The notes beneath the pieces were generated by a model, which was given only the letters and a program-made list of their open reading frames with translations, had not been told where the DNA came from and did not search any database. This document shows positions 10,199 through 20,025 of a DNA stretch of 64,000 bases, in pieces. Position 1 is the stretch's first letter. Each line of letters starts with the position of its first letter. The stretch covers positions 59,728-123,727 of the forward strand of contig JBJEPH010000108.1 of NCBI GenBank assembly GCA_051881135.1, in the 5' to 3' direction. A program made the translations under genes and the position numbers. Source of the DNA: Eubacterium sp. (GTDB taxonomy: Bacteria > Bacillota > Clostridia > Oscillospirales > Acutalibacteraceae).

Positions 10199-10224
10199 AT
10201 TTATCTCCTTTACCGTAGATTATT

Positions 10225-10596
10225 CTATTCTTTTATAATTAAATTGTCAATATCTACCTTTTCGCCGTCCTCCCAAAGACGCTCGATTTGATAGAAGCCG
10301 CGTTGCTGCTTGAGTAAAATATGAATAACACAGCCGATATAGTCGAGGCATATCCACTCGCTTCTTTCGCCCTCAATATGATGCGGCTCGTAGCCTGCCT
10401 CGGAAAGTTTATATTCCACCTCGTCGGCTATTGCTTTAAGGTTTGTGCTTGAATTTGCCGTTGCAATAACAAAATAATCGGTTAAAACCGTGATATCGCC
10501 AACCTTAATCAGCTCGATATCCTCGCCTCTTTTACTGTCGATAGCCTTTACGGCAATTTGTGCAATTTCTAAATACTTTTCTGTCATAATGCTCAC
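10225..10596 (-). CDS. rsfS: Ribosome silencing factor RsfS
   Basis: 123 aa with the DITVLTDYFVIATANSSTNLKAIADEV motif. It occupies the conserved nadD-yqeK-rsfS position. Confidence 0.93.
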   Translation of the reverse strand: MSIMTEKYLEIAQIAVKAIDSKRGEDIELIKVGDITVLTDYFVIATANSSTNLKAIADEVEYKLSEAGYEPHHIEGERSEWICLDYIGCVIHILLKQQRGFYQIERLWEDGEKVDIDNLIIKE

Positions 10597-11165
10597 TTTC
10601 TTTTATTTAATTCCGACACAACCCAATTATAGCAAAACAGGGTGTCGGGATGAATTTCTCTTTCTTTTGAAGCCAAGTCGGTTATAACAAATCTCAGCGC
10701 ATAAAGCATTGCGTCAAGCAACGACCTGTCGGCTTCCCGTCTCATAGCGTCAACATCGGGATAGCTTCGCTCTGCCGAGGTTAAATCGGCAATATAGATA
10801 ACCATTTCAAAATCGGTCATATCAGCTCTGCCCGTGGTATGAAAGCGTATTGCATTAAGGATATCGCTGTCCTCTATGCCAAGCTCCGTTTTAACATAGC
10901 CTGCGCCCGACATTTGATGATATATCTGCTTATTATTTTTTTCAAGCTCCGTAAGATTTATGCCGTAAGCCTTAATATATTTTTCCTGAATTTCGGGCTT
11001 TTCCTCCTTCATTATGTCGTGGAGTATGCCCGCAAGATAGGCTTTGCCTTCATCTACGCCGTAAAGCCGTGCAAGCTCTCTTGCCTTTTCGGCAACATTC
11101 ATCGAATGAATAAAGCGATAATCGGAAAGCCTGCTTCTTACTAAATCCTTATATTTTTCATACAT
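10593..11165 (-). CDS. yqeK: HD-domain bis(5'-nucleosyl)-tetraphosphatase YqeK
   Basis: 190 aa. Contains RFIHSMNVAE...AGILHDIMKE (HD motif). Its ends overlap nadD and rsfS. Confidence 0.9.
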   Translation of the reverse strand: MYEKYKDLVRSRLSDYRFIHSMNVAEKARELARLYGVDEGKAYLAGILHDIMKEEKPEIQEKYIKAYGINLTELEKNNKQIYHQMSGAGYVKTELGIEDSDILNAIRFHTTGRADMTDFEMVIYIADLTSAERSYPDVDAMRREADRSLLDAMLYALRFVITDLASKEREIHPDTLFCYNWVVSELNKRK

Positions 11166-11763
11166 ATAAATTATTATCCTTTATATATTTCTCCTCCTCA
11201 AAGGGTACAAAAGAAGAAATATCCTCGCCCTGCTTTATCGCCTGTCGTATTTGTGATGATGACAGCTCGACGGGAGGGCAATTGATTATGCTGACTCTGT
11301 TATAAAGCCTTTCCCTGTTTTCTTTTAAATAGCCTTCAATATCGTCGGCATTGCTTCTTGACATTGCAACAACGCTTGCAATACTGAGTATATCCTCATA
11401 TCTGTACCATTTATCAAAGCTGATAAGCTGGTCCGAGCCGATAAACAAAATAAGCTCGTCATCGGGATATATTTTTTTAAGCTCGCAAAGAGTATTATAG
11501 GTATAGCTTTTACCCTCTAATTTGAATTCAATATCGCTTATTTCGGCCTTTGCCCTGACAGACGGACTCGAATTTACGGCAATGAACAGCATATTAATTC
11601 TGTCCTCCCTGCCGACAAGCTCCGCGTCGGTTTTGTGAGGCGGATTTGCGGTAGGAATGATAATAAGTCTGTCTATGCCTGCATTTGAAAGCATACTTTC
11701 CATAAGATGCAGATGTCCGTTATGCACGGGATTAAAAGCCCCTCCGAAAATACCTATCCTCAT
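11158..11763 (-). CDS. nadD: Nicotinate-nucleotide adenylyltransferase
   Basis: 201 aa. MRIGIFGGAFNPVHNGHLHL carries the (T/H)xGH nucleotidyltransferase motif, and SSSQIR is present near the C-terminus. Confidence 0.95.
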   Translation of the reverse strand: MRIGIFGGAFNPVHNGHLHLMESMLSNAGIDRLIIIPTANPPHKTDAELVGREDRINMLFIAVNSSPSVRAKAEISDIEFKLEGKSYTYNTLCELKKIYPDDELILFIGSDQLISFDKWYRYEDILSIASVVAMSRSNADDIEGYLKENRERLYNRVSIINCPPVELSSSQIRQAIKQGEDISSFVPFEEEKYIKDNNLYV

Positions 11764-11764
11764 A

Positions 11765-12211
11765 TCACTTTGTTCTGCTTGGCTTTTTGTTTTTATCCTT
11801 GTTCATACGGTCATACACGGCGTAGGGATTTTTTGCTTCCTTTTCTCTCTGTCTTTGGCGAAGTCCCTTAATCTTAACCTTTTTCTTTGCCTTAGCCTTG
11901 GCAGAGCCCGAGCCTCTTTTGCGCTTTTTTTCTTCTATGCGCGCAGGGTCTGCCTCACGGTAAAGCACAATAATTCCGCCGATAACCTGTATAACCTCAG
12001 CGCCGAGCCTTTGGGCAAGCTCGTTTGCAAACTCTCTCGGTGAGCCGGGTGCCGTTTCGAGATGAACTCTTACCTTTATAAGCTCCCTTACATCAAGAGT
12101 ATCGTCAATTTGCGTAATTAAATTATCTGTGATTCCCTCTTTGCCTATTTGGATAATAGGCTCTAAAGGATTTGCCTTTGCACGAAGTGCGGCTCTTTCC
12201 TTGGATGTCAT
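11765..12211 (-). CDS. yhbY: YhbY/CRS1-family RNA-binding ribosome assembly protein with a lysine-rich C-terminal extension
   Basis: 148 aa. The core is LRAKANPLEPIIQIGKEGITDNLITQIDDTLDVRELIKVRV...GGIIVLYR. A Lys/Arg-rich tail of about 55 aa follows. Confidence 0.85.
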   Translation of the reverse strand: MTSKERAALRAKANPLEPIIQIGKEGITDNLITQIDDTLDVRELIKVRVHLETAPGSPREFANELAQRLGAEVIQVIGGIIVLYREADPARIEEKKRKRGSGSAKAKAKKKVKIKGLRQRQREKEAKNPYAVYDRMNKDKNKKPSRTK

Positions 12212-12225
12212 AATTTCTCCTTAAA

Positions 12226-12813
12226 TTATAATATTTTTTCAAGCTCGGCAGTAAGCTTTCTCAATGCGTTGCCTCTGTGTGAAATTTTGTCCTTTTCCTC
12301 GGCTGTATATTTACCGAAGGATTTGCCGTTAATCAAAAACAACGGGTCGTATCCGAAGCCCTCGTGGCCGTCACGCTCAAAGCCGATATGTCCGTGGCAC
12401 TCGCCCCTAACAGTTATCTCTCTGCCGTCGGGAAAAACACAGCATATAGCGCATACATAGTATGCCGTTCTTTTTTCCGCTTCTACGCCGTTAAGCTTTT
12501 CCAAAAGCAGATCATTATTTTTTTCGTCGTCGCCGTGCTCACCCGAAAACCTTGCCGAAAAGATGCCCGGTGCGCCGTCAAGATAGTCAACGCACAAGCC
12601 GCTGTCGTCTGCGATAGAGGGCATTTTTGTGATTTCACAGGCTGAAACAGCCTTTATCCTTGCATTTTCCTCAAAGGTTTCTCCGTCCTCCTCCACCTCG
12701 GGCAGAGTGATGCCAAGCATTTTTGCCGTAACAACATTAATTCCGAGCGGTGACAGTATGCGTTGCATCTCTGCAAGCTTTTTCATATTATTTGTTGCAA
12801 GTACAAAATCCAT
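12226..12813 (-). CDS. rdgB: RdgB/HAM1 non-canonical purine NTP pyrophosphatase
   Basis: 195 aa. Contains ATNNMKKLAEM...EEDGETFEENA..KA...DDSGLCVDYLDGAPGIFSARF...GFGYDPLF...SHR. Confidence 0.93.
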   Translation of the reverse strand: MDFVLATNNMKKLAEMQRILSPLGINVVTAKMLGITLPEVEEDGETFEENARIKAVSACEITKMPSIADDSGLCVDYLDGAPGIFSARFSGEHGDDEKNNDLLLEKLNGVEAEKRTAYYVCAICCVFPDGREITVRGECHGHIGFERDGHEGFGYDPLFLINGKSFGKYTAEEKDKISHRGNALRKLTAELEKIL

Positions 12814-13790
12814 TATTCGTTCTCCTGACTGTCAGATCTCATAAAATCTGCTATTGTTTCGTCATAATCGTGCGTTGGCTTAATATCAAACAGCGCCGAC
12901 GCAAATGCATCTGCGTCAAAGGGCTGAAGGTCATCTATCTGCTCGCCCACGCCGATAAACTTAACAGGTACATCAAGCTCGTTATTTATGGCAAGAACAA
13001 CACCGCCTCTTGCCGTACCGTCGAGCTTTGTGAGAATAATACCCGTTATGCCTGCCGCTTCCTTGAAATCCTTTGCCTGATTAACTGCGTTTTGACCCGT
13101 TGTTGCGTCAAGCACAAGCAGGGTTTCACGGCTTGCGTTCGGAAGCTCTCTGTCGATAACACGGCTGATTTTGTTAAGCTCGTCCATAAGATTTTTCTTA
13201 TTGTGCAGTCTGCCTGCCGTGTCGATAATAATTACATCGGCATTTTTTGCCTTGCCCGACTGAATTGTGTCATACACAACTGCCGCAGGGTCGCTTCCCT
13301 CGGCATGCTTAACCAAAGGTACATCTGCCCTGTCCGCCCAGATTTGAAGCTGTTCAATGGCGCCTGCTCTAAAGGTATCTGCTGCGCCGAGAACAACGCT
13401 TCTGCCCATACTCTTTAAGCGCATAGCAAGCTTGCCGATGGTTGTTGTTTTACCGACACCGTTAACGCCGATAACAAGAATAACAGATGGCTTTGTTCTT
13501 AAGTTAAGATAGCTACCGCCCCATACAACACCTGCTACAATGTCCTTGAGTGTTTCACGAACCTCGCTGACAGCAGTTATGCCGTCGTTTGCAATTTTTT
13601 CTTTAAGGTCGCCGATTACTCTTTCGGCAGTGGGCATACCGACATCACCCATAATAAGAACCTCTTCAAGCTCGTCAAACAGCTCGTCGGTTATTTTTTC
13701 GTTGGACTCAATAACCTCATTCATCTGAGCTGTAAGTCCTTCATCTCTGGTCTTTCTTAGACCTTTTCTGAATTTATCAAATAATCCCAT
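12813..13790 (-). CDS. ftsY: Signal recognition particle receptor FtsY
   Basis: 325 aa. It has the NG domain with [22 protein letters not shown] and [10 protein letters not shown] motifs. Confidence 0.97.
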   Translation of the reverse strand: MGLFDKFRKGLRKTRDEGLTAQMNEVIESNEKITDELFDELEEVLIMGDVGMPTAERVIGDLKEKIANDGITAVSEVRETLKDIVAGVVWGGSYLNLRTKPSVILVIGVNGVGKTTTIGKLAMRLKSMGRSVVLGAADTFRAGAIEQLQIWADRADVPLVKHAEGSDPAAVVYDTIQSGKAKNADVIIIDTAGRLHNKKNLMDELNKISRVIDRELPNASRETLLVLDATTGQNAVNQAKDFKEAAGITGIILTKLDGTARGGVVLAINNELDVPVKFIGVGEQIDDLQPFDADAFASALFDIKPTHDYDETIADFMRSDSQENE

Positions 13791-13801
13791 TTGTTGCCCT
13801 C

Positions 13802-16800
13802 CTATGCTTCAAGTCCCATTTGGGAGGCGAGCTCCGTTGATTGAAGCTCAAGCAGCTTTGAAACGCCCTTTTCCTGCATTGTTACGCCGTAAAGAACATC
13901 AGCCTCCTCCATTGTGCCGCGTCTGTGGGTTATGGATATAAACTGTGTTTTATCGGTCATCTTGCGCATATATTTTGCAAATCGCTCAACATTTACATCG
14001 TCAAGCGCAGCCTCAACCTCGTCATAAATACAAAACGGTGACGGTGTAACCTTTAGCACGCTGAACAGCAGAGCCATAGCTGCAAGTGATTTTTCACCAC
14101 CGGAGAAAAGGTTAATATTCTGTACGGATTTTCCGGGTGGCTGAATTTTGATTTCAATAGCGGACTCCAAGCAATTTGCAGGGTCCTCAAGAATTATTTC
14201 GCCGTTGCCTCCGCCGAAGAAATCTGCAAAGGAAACCTTGAACTCTGCATTAATCTTATTAAACTGCGTCATAAACTTTTCGCTCATTGAAACAGTTAAA
14301 TCCTCGATAATCTTGGCAAGCTCTCTCTTTGAGGCTTCAATATCGCTTATCTGCTCCTTAAGGAATTCGTATCTCTCGGATACCTCCTTATATTCCTCAA
14401 TGGCTCCTACATTGATGGATCCGAGCTTTTTGATTTCCACCTTTATCTCGTGCAGGCGCTTTTTAGCCTCTGCCATATCCTCGATAACTATGCCCAGAGC
14501 CTCCGCCTCGGGCTTTGTTAATTCATACTGCTCAAACAGCATATCGCCAAGCTCGTCGTATTCCTTTTTCATATTAGCCTTGCGCTCTTCAAATCTAACA
14601 AGGTCGCCCGAAAGCTTTTCCTTGTCGCCGTTTAAGGATTTTTCTTTTAGGCGAAGCTCGTTTGTTTTCTTTTCAAGCTCGTTTCTGTTTTCGATTTCAT
14701 CCTTAATTGAATCGCTGACAGCCTGAGCCTTTGAACGAAGCTCGTCTGCCTGAGCCTTAACCTCGGCAATGGTTTGATTTAGCAGCTCGTTTTTAGCCTT
14801 AATTGCGTTAATTTCATCGTTGATTGTACGAACCCTGTCGCTTTGAGTGCTCTTGCGCAAATTTAGCTCCTCGATGGCAAGCCTTGCAGCCTCGGTATCC
14901 TTTGTAAGCGTAACAAGCTCAAGATTGATTTCCTCGGTCTTTTTGCGAATTGCTTCTCTCTTTGCGGCAAGCTCCTCTGCACCTACGCTGACAGAGCTAA
15001 GCTCCCTTTCGCAATCTGCCATTTGCTTTTCGATATCTGCACATTCTTTTTCGGCATTTTTGCCTGCCTGCTCGAACAAAAGAATTCTGCCGTCACTGTT
15101 TTCCTGTTCGCGAAGCATAGCCTGAAGCTGATTTTCCAATGATGAAAGCTTGTCCTCGATAAGCTTATGCTCGCCCTGTGCACGAATAAGCTCCTCGTTT
15201 GCGTTTCTTAAATCGGCATCTGCGCCCTGCAGGTCGGCACCTGCAAGATTTGCATCCTCGACTGCCTTCTTTAATCTTGCATTTGCTTCTTCAAGCTCTG
15301 CCTTAATCTTCTGTGCCTCGCCTGTAAGCTCTTCAATTCGGTTGGCTCTTGAAAGCACTCCTGCACCCTTTGCTCGCGAGCCGCCCGTCATAGATCCTCC
15401 GGGGTTCATAACCTGTCCGTCAAGGGTTACGATTTTATATTTGTTGTTATATCTTTTTGCAATACCGATAGCGCAATCGATATCCTCAACAACCATTACC
15501 CTGCCGAGAAGATTGTCAATAATATCTCTGTATTTATCATCACATTCTACCAAATTGCCTGCAATATCGATAAATCCGAAATTGTCGTCAAGATTTTTTT
15601 CCTCCATATGTCTTGGCTTGATGTTTGATATCGGAAGAAATGTAGCACGGCCTGCATTGTTTTGCTTAAGATAAGCCATAGCGCGCTTACCGTCGCTTTC
15701 GGTTGACACAACTATGTTTTGCATAGCCGCACCGAGAGCAACCTCGACAGCCGTTGAATATTCGTTTTCAACGCTGATAAGCTGTGACAGAGTGCCGTGA
15801 ATGCCCGAAAGGGCTTTACTTTGGCTCTGCTTTAATACAGCCTTAACCGCACCCGAAAAGCCCTCCATATTTTTTTCCAAATCGGAAAGCATACGAGCCT
15901 TTGACTCTTTTTCGTTTAATTTTCTTGAAAGCGCTTCAACCTCATCCTTAACCCTTTCGGCCTTTTCTGTTTTAGACTGAAGCTTTAAGCGATAGCCGTC
16001 CATAGAATTATTATATTCGGCTATTCTTTCGTTGATAAACTTAATGTTTTCGTCACTTTCTTCCTTTTGTGAAGCGATATATTCTATATCCTTTTTGAAC
16101 GCCTCAATTTGCTCGCTTATGGTATCCTTGCGTGCATTGATTTCATCAATTGAGGTTTGTGCCTGCGACATCTTAACCTTACATTCCGATTGCTGAATGG
16201 TTAAGTTTGTCAGCCTTTGGTTTAGCTCAACGGTTTTGTCCGACATTTCGAGGTTTTCGTTTTGCACCTCTGCAAGCTCGTTTGCAACGCTTTCAAGCAT
16301 AGCCTTTTTTTCGACGGTTGCCTGCTCGTTTTGCGAAATAAGCTCCTGCTTTGCCGAAATTTGTCCGTCGATATCAATTCCGTTATTGTCAGCCTCGCTG
16401 ATATCGGAGGCAAGTCTTTCTATGGTTTCGTTATTATGCTCTAATTTTGTGTTATATACCCTGATTTCACCGTCACGGCGCAGAGCCTCCTCCTCGTAGC
16501 CTGTTGCGCTTAGTCTGCTCTGCTCGATAGCAAGATTAATCGAGGTGATTTTCTCCTGTGTTTCATTAAGAAGATTTTCAACCTCCTGCAAGTCCCTCTC
16601 GCTCATTTGATAGGAGGCTCTTGTGGCGTCGATTTTGTGCTCATGCTCTCTTAAATCGGTTGTAAATTTATTGATTTTATTAAGCCACACGCCGATTTCG
16701 AGGGTTTTCTTTTCTTCGGAAAACACCAAAAACTGCTGTGCCTTTTCGCTCTGCTTTTTCAGAGGACCTACACGGTTTTCAAGCTCTCCGAGAATGTCAA

Positions 16801-17374
16801 GAAGGCGCACAAGATTTTCCTGTGCCTGCTCGAGTCTACGCTCTGCGTCCTTTCTTTTATGACGGAAACGGGATATGCCTGCCGCCTCCTCAAAAAGCTC
16901 ACGCCTGTCCTCATTTTTTGCAGATATGATAGAATCGATTTTGCCCTGTCCTACCATAGAATATCCGTCTGCTCCGAGTCCTGTGTCCATAAACAGCTCG
17001 TGGATATCCTTTCTGCGAACAGGCTCACCGTCAATCTTATATTCACTTTCACCGGAACGGTAATAGCGGCGTGTAACGGTTACAATCTCGCCGTGGTCCT
17101 TTAAGGAGCCGTCCGAATTATCGAGAGTCAGCACAACCTGAGCAAAGCCGAGCGCCTTTCGTGATGAAGTACCGCCGAAAATAACATCCTCCATCTTCGA
17201 GCCTCGAAGCGATTTTGTGCTTGTTTCGCCGAGCACCCAGCGAACCGCGTCGGAGATATTGCTCTTACCCGAGCCGTTAGGTCCGACAACAGCCGTGATA
17301 CCCTTTCCGAAATTTAATTCTGTTTTGTCGGGAAATGACTTAAATCCCTGCATTTCAAGTGTTCTTAACAACAT
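13802..17374 (-). CDS. smc: Chromosome segregation protein SMC
   Basis: 1190 aa. It has the Walker A GPNGSGKSNISDAV, long coiled coils, a hinge, the C-terminal LSGGEKSLAAMALLF signature and a Walker B. Confidence 0.98.
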   Translation of the reverse strand: MLLRTLEMQGFKSFPDKTELNFGKGITAVVGPNGSGKSNISDAVRWVLGETSTKSLRGSKMEDVIFGGTSSRKALGFAQVVLTLDNSDGSLKDHGEIVTVTRRYYRSGESEYKIDGEPVRRKDIHELFMDTGLGADGYSMVGQGKIDSIISAKNEDRRELFEEAAGISRFRHKRKDAERRLEQAQENLVRLLDILGELENRVGPLKKQSEKAQQFLVFSEEKKTLEIGVWLNKINKFTTDLREHEHKIDATRASYQMSERDLQEVENLLNETQEKITSINLAIEQSRLSATGYEEEALRRDGEIRVYNTKLEHNNETIERLASDISEADNNGIDIDGQISAKQELISQNEQATVEKKAMLESVANELAEVQNENLEMSDKTVELNQRLTNLTIQQSECKVKMSQAQTSIDEINARKDTISEQIEAFKKDIEYIASQKEESDENIKFINERIAEYNNSMDGYRLKLQSKTEKAERVKDEVEALSRKLNEKESKARMLSDLEKNMEGFSGAVKAVLKQSQSKALSGIHGTLSQLISVENEYSTAVEVALGAAMQNIVVSTESDGKRAMAYLKQNNAGRATFLPISNIKPRHMEEKNLDDNFGFIDIAGNLVECDDKYRDIIDNLLGRVMVVEDIDCAIGIAKRYNNKYKIVTLDGQVMNPGGSMTGGSRAKGAGVLSRANRIEELTGEAQKIKAELEEANARLKKAVEDANLAGADLQGADADLRNANEELIRAQGEHKLIEDKLSSLENQLQAMLREQENSDGRILLFEQAGKNAEKECADIEKQMADCERELSSVSVGAEELAAKREAIRKKTEEINLELVTLTKDTEAARLAIEELNLRKSTQSDRVRTINDEINAIKAKNELLNQTIAEVKAQADELRSKAQAVSDSIKDEIENRNELEKKTNELRLKEKSLNGDKEKLSGDLVRFEERKANMKKEYDELGDMLFEQYELTKPEAEALGIVIEDMAEAKKRLHEIKVEIKKLGSINVGAIEEYKEVSERYEFLKEQISDIEASKRELAKIIEDLTVSMSEKFMTQFNKINAEFKVSFADFFGGGNGEIILEDPANCLESAIEIKIQPPGKSVQNINLFSGGEKSLAAMALLFSVLKVTPSPFCIYDEVEAALDDVNVERFAKYMRKMTDKTQFISITHRRGTMEEADVLYGVTMQEKGVSKLLELQSTELASQMGLEA

Positions 17375-17379
17375 ATTTT

Positions 17380-18357
17380 TTACCGTCTTACTATTATTAA
17401 ATCGTCTGTCGCAACCTTGTCGCTGACAGAAACCTTGATATTATATCCTTCTTCCATAAGAAAATAGATGTTGCGCTTTTGCTGTCCCTTAAGCTGAGAA
17501 ACAGAGCGCGGATTTACCGTAATTTCATAATCTCCGGGCGGATATGCAAGTATTTTATTCAGCATAAACCTTGATTTTACAATCTCGCCGAAGGAATCGT
17601 GGTAGGCTCCTGCAACCATATTTTTCTTTATATCCTCACTTGCGTGAAGTCCTAAACGGATAACCCTTATTCCCGCCTTCTCAAACATAGGAACAAGCGT
17701 TGTGCAAAGGTTAGCCGCATCGTCAACCGTTTGGGGCTTATAAACCTCGTCCTCGTAAAGCCTTGCAAGATATGTACCCTTTAAAACAACGGTTGGGTAA
17801 ATGCGAATGGTTTGGGGTTCAAGTGCAATAAGCCTTTGAGCCGTTTTAACAGCCTTTTCATCGGTATCCTTATAAAGTCCCGTCATCATTTGCAGTCCAA
17901 GCTCAAAGCCATAGCTTTTAATAAGCCTTGAAGCGTCCTCGACATCCTTTGATGTATGTCCTCTTAAATTTGCCTCCAGCACCTCGTCGTCCATACTTTG
18001 TGCACCGAGCTCTATGGAGGTAACGCCGTAGCCTTTAAGCAAGGTCAGCACCTCGTCATCTATAAAATCGGGACGGGTTGAAATGCGTATTCCGTCAACC
18101 TTATTTTGCTTGACATACTCACCTGCCGCCTGAAGCAGACTTATCATATAATATCTGTCTATCGCGGTAAAGGAACCGCCGAAAAAGGCAATTTCATACC
18201 TAAAGCCTTTTCGCTTCAATGCCGTTTCAACTGCATCAACCACATCCTGTGCAGTGGGCAGGTCTGCTTTGCCCGTAATAGTGTTTTGATTACAAAACGA
18301 GCATTTTTGAGGACAGCCGAGATGAGAAATAAAAATGCTTATATTACCCTTTTTCAT
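17380..18357 (-). CDS. Radical SAM protein, ELP3-like catalytic core without the GNAT domain
   Basis: 325 aa. The CPQKCSFC (Cx3Cx2C) motif is near the N-terminus. The gene holds the conserved rnc / radical-SAM / smc position seen in Clostridia. Confidence 0.85.
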   Translation of the reverse strand: MKKGNISIFISHLGCPQKCSFCNQNTITGKADLPTAQDVVDAVETALKRKGFRYEIAFFGGSFTAIDRYYMISLLQAAGEYVKQNKVDGIRISTRPDFIDDEVLTLLKGYGVTSIELGAQSMDDEVLEANLRGHTSKDVEDASRLIKSYGFELGLQMMTGLYKDTDEKAVKTAQRLIALEPQTIRIYPTVVLKGTYLARLYEDEVYKPQTVDDAANLCTTLVPMFEKAGIRVIRLGLHASEDIKKNMVAGAYHDSFGEIVKSRFMLNKILAYPPGDYEITVNPRSVSQLKGQQKRNIYFLMEEGYNIKVSVSDKVATDDLIIVRR

Positions 18358-19022
18358 ATTCCCATCAGCGAAAGGACTTCCTTTGCCGCCTCCTGCTCTG
18401 CCTGCTTTTTGCTTCTGCCCTTACCTCGTCCCACTACATTGGAATTAAGGTGAACCTCAACAACAAAGGTTTTATCGTGGTCGGGACCGTATTCATCAAC
18501 AAGAACATAGTTTAATCTCTCGTCGGGATTTTGCTGAATAATCTCCTGCAAGGTTGTTTTATAATCCTTAAAGGACACATGATGCGTTTCCACATCCCTT
18601 GCCAAAAAACGAAGAATGTGCTTTTTTGCAGGCTCCATACCTCCGTCGAGATAGATTGCGGCAATAAGCGCCTCGAAGGCATTTTCCAAAATAGAATCCC
18701 TGTCGTAGCCGCCGCTGTTTTTTTCGCCCTTGCCGAGAAACAGATATTTTCCAAGCTCAAGCTCTCGTGCAAAATTTGAAAGAGAGCTTGTACAAACGAG
18801 GGAGGAACGAAGCTTTGAAAGCTTGCCTTCGGGCATATCGGGGAATTTTTTATACAGATATTCGGCTGACACAATGCTTAATACGGCATCGCCGAGAAAT
18901 TCCATACGCTCATTATTATATTTTGCGCCGCCCTCATTAGCATAGCTTGAATGGGTTAGGGCTTCCTTAAGCAATTCCTTATTCTTGAAGGTATATTCAA
19001 TTTTTTCTTCAAGTGTGTGCAT
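18354..19022 (-). CDS. rnc: Ribonuclease III
   Basis: 222 aa. Contains the NERMEFLGDAVL signature and a C-terminal dsRBD (GRGKGRSKKQAEQEAAKEVL). Confidence 0.97.
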   Translation of the reverse strand: MHTLEEKIEYTFKNKELLKEALTHSSYANEGGAKYNNERMEFLGDAVLSIVSAEYLYKKFPDMPEGKLSKLRSSLVCTSSLSNFARELELGKYLFLGKGEKNSGGYDRDSILENAFEALIAAIYLDGGMEPAKKHILRFLARDVETHHVSFKDYKTTLQEIIQQNPDERLNYVLVDEYGPDHDKTFVVEVHLNSNVVGRGKGRSKKQAEQEAAKEVLSLMGI

Positions 19023-19023
19023 A

Positions 19024-20025
19024 CTAATCTTCTTTTTCCTTACTTAATTCTTCTTCGATTTTCTTTATCAAATCTGTCTGTAAAAACAGAACGGCCTGCT
19101 TTACGGCATTTTTGAAGGTACGGGCGTCGGCTGAGCCGTGTGCCTTAACAACAGGCTTTTGAACGCCTAAAAGCACAGCGCCTCCGTATTCCTTATAGTC
19201 AAACTGCGTTTTCATTTCGTTTATTCCCGAACGGACTCCGAGATAAGAAAGCTTTGACAGGGTGTTTTTATAAAAGGCATTCTTTATGCCCTGCATAAGC
19301 ACCTTTGCAACGCCCTCATAGGTTTTCAAAATCAGATTTCCCGTAAAGCCGTCGGCAACAACAACATCTGCATCGCCGTAGGGAATTTGTCTGCCCTCAA
19401 TATTGCCTACAAAATTATACGGTGCGTTCTTCATCATTTGATGTGCTTCCTTAACAACAGGCGTTCCCTTTGTTTCCTCTGCACCGTTGTTTGCAAGGGC
19501 AACTCTCGGATTTTCAACTCCCATAATATTCTGCATATAAAGAGATCCCAACAAGCCGAATTGATACAAATACTCTACCTTACATTCAGCGTTTGCGCCG
19601 CAATCCATAAGCACAAACGGCTTGTCGACGCTTGGCATAATTGAAGCAATTGCAGGGCGCTTAACCCCCTTAATGCGCTTTGTGATTAATGTAGCGCCAA
19701 CGGTTATTGCGCCGGTATTGCCTGCACTTACAAAGGCGTCGCCTCTGCCCTCGTTGAGAAGCTTAAAGCCGACAGCCATTGAAGAATCGGGCTTGCCCTT
19801 AAGCACAAGCTTTGCATCGTCGCAGTTTTCAATCACCTGCGTTGTGTGTATAACGGTTGTGTTTTTTAATTTGATACCGTTTTCACTAACGCATTTATCG
19901 ATAATATCCTTATCTCCGACAATGATAATTTCTTCTATTTCATATTCATCTACGGCAAGCATAGCGCCCTTTATGATTTCAAGAGGTGCGTTATCGCCGC
20001 CCATAGCATCAACTATAATTTTCAT
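19024..20025 (-). CDS. plsX: Phosphate acyltransferase PlsX
   Basis: 333 aa. Contains MKIIVDAMGGDNAP...NTGA...GFTGN motifs. Confidence 0.97.
   Translation of the reverse strand: MKIIVDAMGGDNAPLEIIKGAMLAVDEYEIEEIIIVGDKDIIDKCVSENGIKLKNTTVIHTTQVIENCDDAKLVLKGKPDSSMAVGFKLLNEGRGDAFVSAGNTGAITVGATLITKRIKGVKRPAIASIMPSVDKPFVLMDCGANAECKVEYLYQFGLLGSLYMQNIMGVENPRVALANNGAEETKGTPVVKEAHQMMKNAPYNFVGNIEGRQIPYGDADVVVADGFTGNLILKTYEGVAKVLMQGIKNAFYKNTLSKLSYLGVRSGINEMKTQFDYKEYGGAVLLGVQKPVVKAHGSADARTFKNAVKQAVLFLQTDLIKKIEEELSKEKED

Noticed and set aside
12750-17104. Many long antisense or off-frame ORFs within ftsY and smc, for example 12750..13418 (222 aa), 14148..14726 (192 aa) and 15150..15674 (174 aa). Similar cases occur in leuS (8966..9526), fusA (57211..57846) and rpoC (59698..60288).
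   Set aside because: Their Ser/Leu/Phe-rich, low-complexity translations are typical of the reverse complement of Glu/Lys/Ala-rich coiled-coil genes. None has an RBS, and each is fully contained in a high-confidence conserved gene.
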